From Psammoneis japonica (taxonomy: Eukaryota), in the NCBI GenBank assembly GCA_008632985.1, contig QPGO01000028.1, positions 305,598-369,597 of the forward strand: a DNA stretch of 64,000 bases, read 5' to 3'. The position numbers and the translations under genes were made by a program. Shown here in pieces: positions 35,438-47,800 of this stretch. Below the pieces are notes generated by a model. The model was not told the origin of the DNA and ran no database searches. It saw only the letters and a program-made list of their open reading frames with translations. Position 1 is the first letter of the stretch; each line of letters opens with the position of its first letter.

Positions 35438-35873
35438 CTAGTAGCTCTAGCTAGAAGTACTCTCTATGTAGAGTTAGAGAGTAGCTCTCTAGCTAGTAGA
35501 AGTATCTGTGCAGAGCGACCTGCTGCAGTGCCGGGCCAATCTTGAAACAAATCGCCAAAATTCGCGCGAGCAAGGGGCACAGTCGAACCGATTCTGGAGT
35601 CGCAACCCGCGGCCTGGGCTCTAGCTAGCAGGCTTACATATTTTTACTAGTTGGTCAGGTACGTATGACGCACACTAGTCTCAATGCCTTGATAGATAGC
35701 CTTAGAAACTCGCATCTCTGTAGTCGTTCTTCTCCCGGTACAGTGCCAAAATAGAATTTCAAGCACATCTATCTCGGTTGAGCAGTCTTACTTATATTTT
35801 TAATTTTGAATAAATGTCCAATTAACAACGGCTAAAAGAAGAATCTGGTTTCAGTTTTTAATTTGGGTGTTTT

Positions 35874-37598
35874 CTAGTTGGTCATGTACGTATGACGCAC
35901 ACTAGCCTCAATGCCTTGATAGAAACTCACATCTCTGTAGTCGTTCTTCTGGCGGTTGTTGTAGAAGCTTACTCGGTTATTCGCTTTTGGTTCCACTGCT
36001 TTTGCAGTTGCATTCTGCGCGACCAAACGACCCCTGGAATCACAGCGGACGCCAAGACCAGTCTCGACCAATACAACGAACAGCGCATTTGGCCATTCAA
36101 ACCACGTTCGTGAAAAGCCACCGGCGCACCCCGTCTTGCTATTCACACTCTCGTGCATTACACCGTTGCATGCACTCACCATCAATTGTCGTATCTGGAA
36201 GGCAATCGAACTAGCCGCTTCGCCTTTCTCAGCCGTCAACGCTTCAATCGCTAATGCCATTGGCCACACGTAGCCGTGAAAGGTGTGAGGTGATCCGATC
36301 CCACGCAAAGCGGCGCCATCGTAGTAGAACTTGTTTGTTACCGGAGACAACAGGCGCTTTCTTGTCGCTTTGTACACCTCGTGGTTGTAGCCACTCCATC
36401 CGAGCAGTGGAATTGAGAGAAGCGAGGGTACGTTGGCATCGTCAAAGTTGTCCAATACATTGCCTAAGCCGTCGACTTCATATGCGTAGACACTCTCACC
36501 CGATGGTGATTTGACAACGCCATACTTTTCAATTCCATGCGTGATATCTTGCAAGAGCTTTGTCGCTTTCTCTTTCAACTCTTCCGAATGCCAAACTCTC
36601 GCATTCATCTCCAATGTCCGTTCAAGTGCCGCCGCAGCGAAAATGTTAGATGGGATTAGGTATCCATATTGGCAAGGATCATCGGACGGCCTGAAGCCAC
36701 TCCACGTCATACCAGTGTACCCTGTGGGCGCACCTTTGCCCCCTTCTGGTAGCTCAAAGTAACGGTAGGGAGATTTTTCATCATGATGCTGCTCAACAAT
36801 CCATGTGTCCACCATGAGCATGACGGCATCAAATATGAGCGGCTCTAGGAGAAGTGCCTCTGGGCGATACAAGTCTTCCGCAACGTAGTAGTCATAGATC
36901 TGCGTTAAAAAGTATGCTCCCGAGTCGAGTTCGTAATTCCTGGTCGCCACCCATCCACCACGACCGATCACACTATCCTTGAGCGACAACTTTGATGGAT
37001 CGACCCACTTTTTCTCGTACGCGTTAGCATACACGTCCTGCAAAATATAGAATGCCTGACGACGGATTGCTCCTTCGACAATCAGGCGCAAGAAACGTCC
37101 CTGTCGCGTCCTTCCAATGTACAGGTCAATCTGAACAGCCGAGTCGCGGGTCCACATGTCGTCAATGTCTCCCGTCTGCACAAACGTCTGCTCGCCCATG
37201 TCGCCAACTTCGACAGCGCGGATGAGCGAAGAGTACAACAAGTTGCCACAAAGGCTCATTGCGCTTTCCATTTCTTCTTCTGTAAGGTTTTGCTTCACGG
37301 CGTTCTGGATTTCAGGGTCTCCATTGCGGCCAGCCAAGGTCCATATCGATGGAGGAAGGCGTTTGCGGAGCTCTGCAATGCTCTCCGGCGTGGGTTCAGA
37401 CGCAGCCAGAGGTGCTGTGCTGCTACTGAGCACCCGAAGTGTGGGGTGATCCTCGTCAGGTATCTTGAGATGCAGCGTCACAAATGACATCATCAGCATA
37501 AATGCAGCTACGACGAGAGAAAGCAACAGGAATGCTTGAAAGCTCGGCATCCAGCCCACCCGAGCTTTCCTCTGACGGGGCAAGTGTGGCTCTCGCAT
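35874..37598 (-). CDS. Glycoside hydrolase family 125 (exo-alpha-1,6-mannosidase-like) with N-terminal membrane anchor, 574 aa
   Basis: Intact ORF with motifs TFVQTGDIDDMWTRDS, YELDS, WSGFRPSDD, DDANVPSLL, GIGSPHT, WPMAL, HESV and F.R.WFEW.NALF. Confidence 0.92.
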   Translation of the reverse strand: MREPHLPRQRKARVGWMPSFQAFLLLSLVVAAFMLMMSFVTLHLKIPDEDHPTLRVLSSSTAPLAASEPTPESIAELRKRLPPSIWTLAGRNGDPEIQNAVKQNLTEEEMESAMSLCGNLLYSSLIRAVEVGDMGEQTFVQTGDIDDMWTRDSAVQIDLYIGRTRQGRFLRLIVEGAIRRQAFYILQDVYANAYEKKWVDPSKLSLKDSVIGRGGWVATRNYELDSGAYFLTQIYDYYVAEDLYRPEALLLEPLIFDAVMLMVDTWIVEQHHDEKSPYRYFELPEGGKGAPTGYTGMTWSGFRPSDDPCQYGYLIPSNIFAAAALERTLEMNARVWHSEELKEKATKLLQDITHGIEKYGVVKSPSGESVYAYEVDGLGNVLDNFDDANVPSLLSIPLLGWSGYNHEVYKATRKRLLSPVTNKFYYDGAALRGIGSPHTFHGYVWPMALAIEALTAEKGEAASSIAFQIRQLMVSACNGVMHESVNSKTGCAGGFSRTWFEWPNALFVVLVETGLGVRCDSRGRLVAQNATAKAVEPKANNRVSFYNNRQKNDYRDVSFYQGIEASVRHTYMTN

Positions 37599-37775
37599 TC
37601 TTCTGTGCCGGCACCTGTGTGTTCACGTGTGCCCTTCCGCCTTACTGTAACACGCTGTGGGGAGCAAATGACGCCGATAACAAGCCTAGTAGTAATCTCG
37701 TTCTCAATTCAGAAGTAAAGTAACGCTCTGAAAGCTTAGGGTCCTAGCCCTAGCTTGCTACGTAGCGCTGTCATC

Positions 37776-38086
37776 TACTACGAATTGCAAGACAATTGCG
37801 CGATTCACGTGCCCGAAGGGTGATTGTTGAAATTCGAGCTTCGCGCACGTAGAGCCTGTAGAAAATGTACCAGCCAGCCCGAAGCTCCGATTTGCGTAGA
37901 TCACGTAGGAGAGTACCACAAGGTCATTTGATGAAATGACTGGGACGATTTAGACGACCAAAATGAAAATTTTGATACCACATCATACGTAGAAATGACA
38001 TCTGCGCGAAGGGAGAATGTTGCTTCGGGCAACGATATTCCACCTTCGGGCACGTGAATCGCGCAATTGTCTTGCAATTCGTAGTA
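37776..38086. mobile_element. MITE upstream of the GH125 gene (TA-flanked, Tc1/mariner-like)
   Basis: Perfect 44-bp inverted repeat 37776-37819 / 38043-38086 beginning and ending in TA. Confidence 0.75.
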
Positions 38087-38833
38087 TGTTATCATCGATC
38101 GCCGCTCCCCGCGAAAGCAAGAGCGCCGGCGGATGTCTGCGCTTCGCGCTTGCGCAGCCATACCATCCAGACAACGAACAAAATCGCGTACACCAGACAT
38201 TTTTTCCATAAAAATATAGATTAGATAAAATAACCATTGACGCACTAGATATTGCCCACTATTGTAATTTCAGACATTATTACCGCACCAGTAATAAGGA
38301 ACAGTCATTTGTGTAACTGCCGACAGTTATAACAATTATTGAGATCGAGTAGGCTAGTACGGTAATGCAAGATCGGTCATTTCGTTCCAACGCTGCAAGA
38401 AGTGTCCTGCATTGTCACACAGCGCCAACGCAACCCTGCACAATCTCACAAACCATGCCATCACGCCAAAATCGACAAGGCTCGTGCTTCCACAGGGAAC
38501 TACTCATGAATGTGAAAACAGCTGCTCCATCAAAGACACCTGGACTTTTGTGCCTCAAGAGGCTTTGCGATTTCTCTCACTGCCACCAGGTGTCCCAGCA
38601 AAGCCCTTGTGCAGCCATTTCCATGCCAGGGATGCTCTCTTGGTTGCTGTTGGGGTTGCTTGAGTGTCTCTTTGCAATCATGGCAACACATTGTTTCAAC
38701 AACTGTTTGAGCCTGTTTTGTGTTTTTGAGCAAACAGAGGTTTCAAAAAAAGAAGAGAGCCAGAGGAGTGCACAGCGTTCATTTGAGATGTTGCTGAGAG
38801 TTGCTGAGATCATTGTTGCTCATCTTTCACTGT

Positions 38834-41800
38834 TGACAGGATTTGAACAAGATTTTAGTTTGTCACACACAATTGTGTGTGCTCTCAGTTCCACGCACGT
38901 CATGCGATGTGGTTTGCTTTCGAGCCACTCAGCTCACAAGAACAATGACAGCAGCACCGACATCACGACACCAGTCTTTTGGCTCCTGTGACGGTCTCTG
39001 CACGGAGACTCATCTGCTGTTTAGACAGCAGCAAGGAGTCACTGTTTTCTTCCACCCAGTCGTCTTTGTTTTCTGTCAGATTGACAGTCTTGCTCTTTGT
39101 CATCCATTGAGCATTCATCATCGTCATTGAGAAATTTTCGATGACGCGCACCGTTGGCGGTGGAAGTGTGTGTCCACCTTCTTCGCTGCTGGACACTGGA
39201 TTAAATCTGCACGTTTGGATTTGTCCAATGCCTCCCATCGTTGGACACATTTGTTCAATGGACATTTGTTTGGCCAGGAATTCCTGAATTCTCAGACATC
39301 CGAGATTCCGGATTCCTCACAGCGGATCCCACTGACAATCCATCCGCTCGCGTCCACGCGCGCACGATGCAAACCCTGACTCTGGCCCTGCTCTGCACAC
39401 GCCAAGTCTACCGCCTTGTGCCTGCACCAGATTGCTGGTCCTCTGCAGTTCTACAAGGTCCACAAGGACAACTGTGAGAGGAAGCAGTTCTTGATCACAG
39501 CCTGCGTTGGGGCGAGGGTGCATTTCCCGCGTTTGTTCGTCCCTCCACAGCGCCAAATTTGGCCGGCCTGATCGGGTTGTCCAACCGATGTAAAATGAGA
39601 ACGGTTCAGAGGTCTTGTCCACCTCTAGTTGGCTTGTCAGCAGGGGTTTTTAACCCATTGCTCCACTCTCAGGCAACCCAAAGTGTCGCCAGCTGCGGGT
39701 TCGGACGTGCCGGCACAACTCTGCGGACCGGATGGGAAGCTCAGCACTTAACTACGAACAGGACATCACAGCCTGGCGGCTTCTGACTCTTAAGATGGTT
39801 CAAGACATCAAGTCAAGACTCAAGTCAAGTTTCAAGTTATTTCAAGCTCACCCTCTGACTCTGGCCAGTTCCGACATCCACCCAGTTGCAACATGGTTCT
39901 CACCAGGCAACAACAAATTGATGGCCTCGAGTGCATTCTAGGCACTGTTCTGAATCAAGCCGCAGACAGTCCATTGTGCTCCGCTCTCAACATTGATGGA
40001 ATCGATTCGCATCAGGACCTTTTTGCTTTTACTCTGACACAACTGGATGCCCTTGTGTGCAACGATGGCACCAATCAGATGCCCTTGCCACGTGGTTACA
40101 AAGCACAGATAGCTGCGCTGATTAGCCTGCACACGGCAAAAGCGCGCGGCGGCGCCGATGTCAGCAACAACCCTCAATTGTTCACTCACAAGGAGTTCAC
40201 TGACTGTCGTCTTAGTCCTGAGCATGTGGCATCCCTCTCCATGGGCACCGTGCCATCTGCTCCCACCCCTGGCTCTTTGCCACCCAAAAACCACATGACC
40301 CTGTGCGTGACTTTAAACGAGGCATCAAACATGACCCACTCACCTTCGCGACTCTCAAGTCAGACAAACAGTGGCACACGTGGCACACCTCCATCATCGC
40401 ACAGGCCCACTCCCAGGATGTCGAACTCGTTCTTGATCTGAAGTGCAAGCCCTCCACAGCTGAGGACAAGGCCCTGTTTGATGAACAACAGAAGCACATG
40501 TTCGCCGCATTCGAACGGATCTTGAAGAATGACAAAGGCAAGGCGCTTGTTCGTCAACATGTCGACTCCTCTGATGCTCAAGCGGTGTGTCGCGACCTTT
40601 CCAAGTGCGCCCTCACTTCCACTCGCGCATCCCTGGAGTCCTCGACCCTTCTCACGTACCTCGCCACTGCTCACCTCGGTGATGGCACCTGGAAGGGCTC
40701 CACCCATGCCTTCGTGCTTCACTGGCAGGACCAGCTTTGCAAGCATGAAGCTCTTGTCCCGGGTGCGGACCATTTCTCTGCTGGCCAGAAACATGTCATG
40801 CTTGAGAACGCCGTTCATCCTGTTGAAGAACTCCGTTCGGAAAAGAATCAAGCTGATCAGTTCCACATGCAGAATGGAAAAGGTCTCTCTTGCGAAGAGC
40901 ACTGTGGACTTCTGCTTTCTGCTGCAGCACAGTGCGACAGCACGTTCACCCCCAAGACCACTCCTGGCACTCCACGCCGTGCCATCTACGAACATGACCT
41001 GGTTCCCGACGACCCTGACGATGATGCATTCTTTGACATCGACAGTGATGTTGACGTCATCCAAGCTTGTGCTGCACAGACCCACGGCAACTCCCTCACC
41101 AGGGAACAATGGCGTCACATTCTGCTGGACCATCAGCGCATTTGGGACACCTTGCCCCAGTCCACCAAGGCCATCATTCTTGGCTTGCGCAATGCCCACA
41201 CCAGCAACTGCCATGACTCAACGATGGTCAACCTCCACGACCTCCGTCTTGGCAGTGACGGTGACATCAACTTGTCCACCAACACCCATGCTCTTGCATC
41301 GGAACTCACACCATCCGATGCTGCAGCCGATGCAGCCAATGCCAACCCCATTCTGGCTCATCTCACCAGGTGCAAGCCCCTGCCACCTGGCAACTTGCAA
41401 CATCTCCTGGCACCTGAATGGCCTCCTTCCGCCCATTCCGGTGAGAAACCGCCCGGATCTGCACCTTCCGCCTGCTCCGACGCGAAGCCCAATGACACTG
41501 ACATTGAGATCAACGGCCACAAATGCCATCGCGTCAACAACCACAATGTTGTCTGCTCTGCCTCGACCCACAAGTCAACTCGCAAAGGTGCTCTTGTGGG
41601 TCATGGTGCAAATGGTGGCATCGCTGGTGATGATGTTCGTGTCATTGCCCGCACTGGTCGCCAGGTTGACGTCCAAGGTGTCGACGATCATCAACCAGTC
41701 GACATCCCCATTGTCACTGCCGGTGGTGTCATCCACACGCAATGCGGCCCTGCCATTGCCACCCTTCACCAGTGCACCTGCACTGGAAAGGGAAGACGAC

Positions 41801-44800
41801 ACACTCTTGCGGCCAGCTCAAGTGGTGCAAGCATGATGTCAACAATCGGTCCATCAAGGTCCCCAACGGTCTGCAGCGCATCACCGCTGTTGATGGATGC
41901 ATCATTCCCATCGACATTGAAGCCGGCCTCCCGCACATCGCCGTGCACCTGCACACCGACGCCGCATGTCATTCTCACTGGTGATGACACATGGGATCCA
42001 TCTGTCCTTGACCACCAGTTCACGGACGATGAGATGTGGCATGATGTCGTGTCTGACCTCCAAGATGACCCGACTGCCAACCTCTTCGATGAGTTCGGCA
42101 ACTGTCATCACCGCCATGTCATCAACAACACCATGCTTGCAGACTCCATCCTTGATGATCACCTGCTCCCGACATCTGATTTCTTCTATGAGTGCCATGA
42201 GCGCAAACTCAATCCCAAGGATCCCGACTTTGAGTCCCTCCACCCCTGCTCTGGCTTTCTCCGAAGGACACTGTCCGCCGCACTTTTGATTGCATGATGC
42301 AGGGTGCCCGCATGCCAGCCAGCACGCACCTGAAAAAGGCACACAAATCGCCCAACCCGGCTCTCAATGTCCACCGACGCAATGAACCCGTTGCTGCTGA
42401 CACGGTCCACTCCGACACCCCTGCCATTGACTCTGGTTGCACCAGCGCCCAGCTCTTTGTCGGCACGGAATCTCTCATCACTGACGTGCATGGCACCAAA
42501 ACTGACAAAGAATTTGTCAACACCCTCAAGGACAACATTCACAACCGCGGTGCCCCGCCCAAGCTCATCAGCGACCGTGCTCAGGTTGAAATCAGCAACA
42601 AGGTTCTTGGCATCCTTCGTGCCCTCTTCATCTCGAGTTGGCAAAGCGAGCCTCACCACCAGCATCAGAATTTTGCTGAACGCCACCACCAAACTGTGAA
42701 GACCATGGCCAACACCATCATGGATCACTTTGGGTCCCCGACTCACACCTGGCTGCTCGCCCTGATGCACATGTGCTTTGTGCTCAACCACACGGCATCA
42801 GCCAAGCTCCACTGGTGCACCCCCACTGAGGTGCCATCTGGCTCCACTCCCGACATGAGCCCGCTCCTCCGCTTTCAATGGTGGGAACCCGTGTGCTGCC
42901 ACCTGGATGATTCCGACTGGCCACCCAAATCCCGTGAATTGTGGTCGCTTCGTTGGCATCGCCAAACACGTTGGTCACCAAATGACGTTCAAGATTCTTT
43001 CTGACAACACTCAGAAGATTCTCTGCCGTTCCAACGTGCGCTCCGCCCGTGATCCGTCTGCTCCAATCCTGCGTCTTGATCCTCCTGACAAGAAATCTGC
43101 TGACCCTGTCATTAAATCCTGCCACGACTCCAAGGACTCGCCAGATTCACCAGATGGGGAGGCGATCAGGATGCCCAAAATGCCTGTCTTTGACCCCGAG
43201 GATGTCATCGGACGCACCTTCCTCATGAAGCCACAAGAGGATGGTCAAAATGCCACAGAGCCCGCATCGTCAAAGCCGTTGAGGACCACGACTGGAAAAT
43301 CAGAGGCAATCCTGAACTGGTCAAGTTCATTTGCTCCGTCAACAATGACGAATGCGAGGAAGTCCTGGCCTGCAATGACATCATGCACCACATTGAGCAA
43401 GAAGACGAGGACACCACCCTCTGGAAGTTCCGATGCATTGCATCGCACAAAGGACCATTGCGACCCCATGATCCCTCTTGGAAAGGCTCAAGCTGCAACG
43501 TCATGCTTGAATGGGAGAATGGGGAGATCACGTCTGAACCCCTTGCCATCATTGCCAAGGACGACCCCGCAACCTGTGCTGTCCACGCGCGTGAGCACGG
43601 CCTTCTAGAAAACGAAGGATGGAGACGTTTTCGCAAGACAGCCCTTCACCAGAAGAAGCTGTTCTGCATGGCCAACCAAGCCAAGTTATGCTCCTTTCAT
43701 GCTGCGCCATGACACAAGTGCGGGTGTGTGAAGTGCCGCGGGACTACAAGCATGCCATGGCCCTTGATGAGCGCAATGGCAACCGCAAGTGGGGAGACGC
43801 AACAGACCTCGAGATGACTCAGCTTGATGAGTGCGAGGTCTTCCACGACTGCAGACACCACGAGGATTCCAGTGCTCCATCAGGACACAAGAAGATCTGG
43901 GTGCACCTCGTCTACGACGTCAAACATGACGGACGGCACAAAGCAAGGCTTGTTGCTGATGGACACCTCGCAGACGTGCCCGTTGACAGTGTCTGTTCCG
44001 GAGCAGTGTCTGTGTGTGGCCTGCAAATGATGATCTTCCTGGTTGAACTCAACGAACTAGAGACCTGGGCCACTGACATTGGGAATGCCCACCTTGAAGC
44101 TGCGACCAAAGAGAAACTGCACATCACAGCAGGCCCCGATTTTGGCGACCTGGAAGGACACATCCTTGTCATCCACAAGGCTTTGTACGGACTCCGCAGC
44201 TCCGGACTCAGATGGCATGAACGCTTTGCCAATTGCTTGCATGCCGAAGGTTTCTTCCCATGCAAAGCCAAACCCAACATCTGGCTGCGTGGGAATGGTG
44301 ACCACTGCGAACACGTGGCAGTGCATGTGGACGACCTGGCCTTTGCCATGAAGGACCCCCAGGCTTTTGCAGACACCCTCATGGAGAAATGCAAGTTCAA
44401 GCTCAAGGGCACTGGACCATTGGAGTTCCATCTTGGCTGCGACTTCACCCGTGACCCAGACGGCACCCTGTGCCTTGCTCCCCGCAAGTGCATTGAGTGC
44501 ATGGTTGACAACTGTGCGTGCCTTTTTGGGGAGAAGCCCCGCACTGATGTGCTTTCACCCCTTGACAAGGGTGACCACCCTGAGCTCGACACCTCTGAAT
44601 TGCTCAAACCGGATGGCATCCACCAACTCCAGTCCTTGATTGGATCCCTGCAATGGGCCGCATCTCTGGGTCACATTGACATTGCTGCGGCTGTCATGTC
44701 CCTGTCTGGCTTCCGTGCAGTGCCCCGTCAAGGCCACCTTGACCGTGCCAAATGCATCTGCGAATTCCTCTCCAAGATGCATCATGGCGCCCTCCAAGTG

Positions 44801-47800
44801 CACACCGAGGAGCCCGACTGTTTGGACCTCCCTGAGCCCATGCATGACTGGGCTCAATCTGTGCATGGGGAGGTAGAAGAGCTGCTCCCGCAAGATGCAC
44901 CCAAGCTGCTTGGCAAGTTCATCACCACCACACACTGCGTTGATGCGAACTTGTTCCATTGCATGCTCACTGGATGCTCTGTCACCGGCATCCTCTGCTT
45001 TTCTACGTGAGCACACATTGGCAGTTTCCACGTGGAATTCTACGGTCTTTTTGCACCAAGCAGCAGTCACCATGACGACCCCTCCTCCACCGCAGGCCAG
45101 CCCTGCCGGCGCTCCTCCTCCTGATCCTCCCCCCATTGTGGATCATGCTCCGTCAACCCCAACGAGAACTGGCTCGAAAAAGATCAACGCAAGTGGCCCA
45201 AAAGAAATCACCATCTGTCTCGAGTCAACATCGGCGAAAGACAACGCTTCCACGGTTTTGGCAATGGGACATGCCACCATTCTCCATGCTCTTCAGCAAA
45301 AGGCGTCCCAAGATCCCTTGACCCATAAAATTTCCATTGTGTCAAACCGCGGTGCAGACATTCCTGATGTCAACGTGGTCGAATGGAATTCTGGATTGAA
45401 ACACTCGCAACATTTTGTCGCACACCGTGTCGGAGGCTCCCGCCGCAGGTCACCCACACACATCATCGCCCACCGCATTCGCACCACTCTCACCCCAATG
45501 GAAATCAGAAACATCCCCTTCGCACACAAAGCCTTGAAAGACAATGGTGTTTGTGTGTGTCGTCACGAATGGGACGAGACCACCGTTGACTTGTCCCGCA
45601 TTGCTCTTCTCCTGGATCACACGCCAAAGCACTGCCCTGCGGACATTGTCCAGAAATGACTCATGTTGATTCTACCCACCCGCAGTCGCTCTAAGGTTCC
45701 CTTTCAGTTGATCATCCAGACGGCCTCTTCCCCACTTGACAAAGACATCAAATCGACTTTTTACGCCATCGAAACACCCCAAGAGCGCACCAAGGACATG
45801 ATTGCTGCTTTGATGGAAGCATTGAAAGACCATCCTTTGGCAGTGATTTTCACCCGTTGGCGACACACCCAACCTGAACAATTCAACAAAGCAGTGCGCA
45901 AGCAACGAAAAACCTCCGCAAAAACTCACGTTGTCCCATTGCTTCACTTTGCTGATGGAATGCACTTTTACATGTCCGATGCCATTGCCGTGATCCCGGG
46001 GGCAGTGGACGTTGTCCCTTCGAAAAAGAAAACTTCGGTTCCATGGCACAATGTCCTGGTGGAAAAACTGTGCTTTCACCAAGTTCGAGAACATGTTGGT
46101 AAAAATCTCCCCGGTTGGACGAATGGTCTTCCGGACAACGAAGCACCGCCTGTTCATCAACCTCACCCTGTGAATCTGGGTGTCAACGATGACATTTCTG
46201 ATGCGGTTCAATCAATTGCATCAGCCAGCATCCAAAGTTGGAAATCTCTCAATGTCTCTGATGTTTCACCATTGGATTCACAGGCTCCTGCGGAAAGTGA
46301 AACTCAGCCAACTCTCCCACCGGTTCCACGCAACGCAGGCATTCACGGAGGTTTCCAAATGTTTGCACAAGTCTTGGAAGGTTCCACTGCCGCGGCAGTT
46401 CCCAGAGCCACCCCCACTTCTGAATTGACTTCCTGCACCAACGAAATGGCAGAACTTAAACAAATGGTGCTGCAACATCACCAGGAGCAGGATCGTCGGC
46501 TAGAACAATTGGAACAACAACATCAAGCTTCTCTTGAGCAACTCGCTTCCAAGTTTCAAACCTTGATTCAAGAAACAATTTCATCCATGTCTGCTCAGGG
46601 CGTCTCGTCTCCCCAGCGAAAGAAACCCGCTCTCTCTGCCCCAGCAGGATCCTCTTCTCAACACCCTCCCAATGACACCACTGTGGACGAAGCAGAACAA
46701 GATGACTCAGTTTTTTCCCAAGGCAGGACCAGTCGTCCAACCTGCCATTGTCTCAAGACACATGCGCTCGTTGCACTTCTCAGTCTTTCTTCAAGAAAGC
46801 GTGGCCAAACACCCAGGGGTGAAACCCCTTCGGCAGCAGTTAATCCCGCTGCTCAGCAGTGGACCCAGATGTTGTCAGGAAGAATTTTTGCTCCCCCTTC
46901 CAGCACTGTCGACTGCACCAACTTGAAAGAAAATGATCCGATTGGCAACCCGCTTAACCCAAAGTCCCCTGACCACACCCGCTTGCATGCTTTCAATGCC
47001 AATGGATGCACTTGTGACCTCCAAGGTGGAGATTTCAACACTTGTTCTCAGGCAGCCACGGAAATCCAAGCGGACGTCATTGGGATTTCGGAAACTTGTT
47101 TGGATGCAACACAACATCAAGTCAGACAGAGCTGCACTCAGACCGTTCGTAGATTCCTTCACCACGGCAGATTGACTTTGTCCTCTTCCAAGACTGCTTT
47201 CTCTACCCCTTGCAAACCCGGTGGTGCGCCCTGATTTCTTGCAACTCCCTTTTGTCTCAATGTTGGACTCAACATGAAGATCCTCTTGGACGATGGTCAA
47301 TTCAAATCTTTGATGGACGCCACGGCTGGCAGGCAATGTTTGTTTCGTGTTGCAGAGTGTGCTCGAATTCTTCCATGGCAGGTGAAACAATGGCATGTGC
47401 ACAACAAGTCGCACTGCTCCGACAACAAGGACGCGCCAACCCCGACCCAAGGCGATCATTCTGTGCGGATTTGACCCACATTTTGGAATGCTTTCTTGAT
47501 GACCCCAATTGGGAGGTTACATTGTTTGGGGATTTTAAGACAGACTTCTGAACCGATGACGACACTTTGGCTTCCATGGCGCAAAGGTTCAACATGTCAG
47601 ATGTGATGCACTGTCACCAAGAAGACCTCGATTTCTCCACTTACATGAGAGGATCTCGCCGACTAGATTGTGTGCTTGCTGCTCCAGGAGCTCTGGCTGC
47701 CGCGAGACTTTGTGGGCATGAATCCTTCAGACATCGGATTTCTTCGGACCACCGTGCGCACTTCATTGATTTTGACACTGTCGCTTTGTTTGGCAATCCC

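Noticed and set aside
39079..39100. Self-priming PBS for Copia B
   Set aside because: There is no tRNA-type TGG, but complementarity to the LTR is only partial, so it is not claimed.
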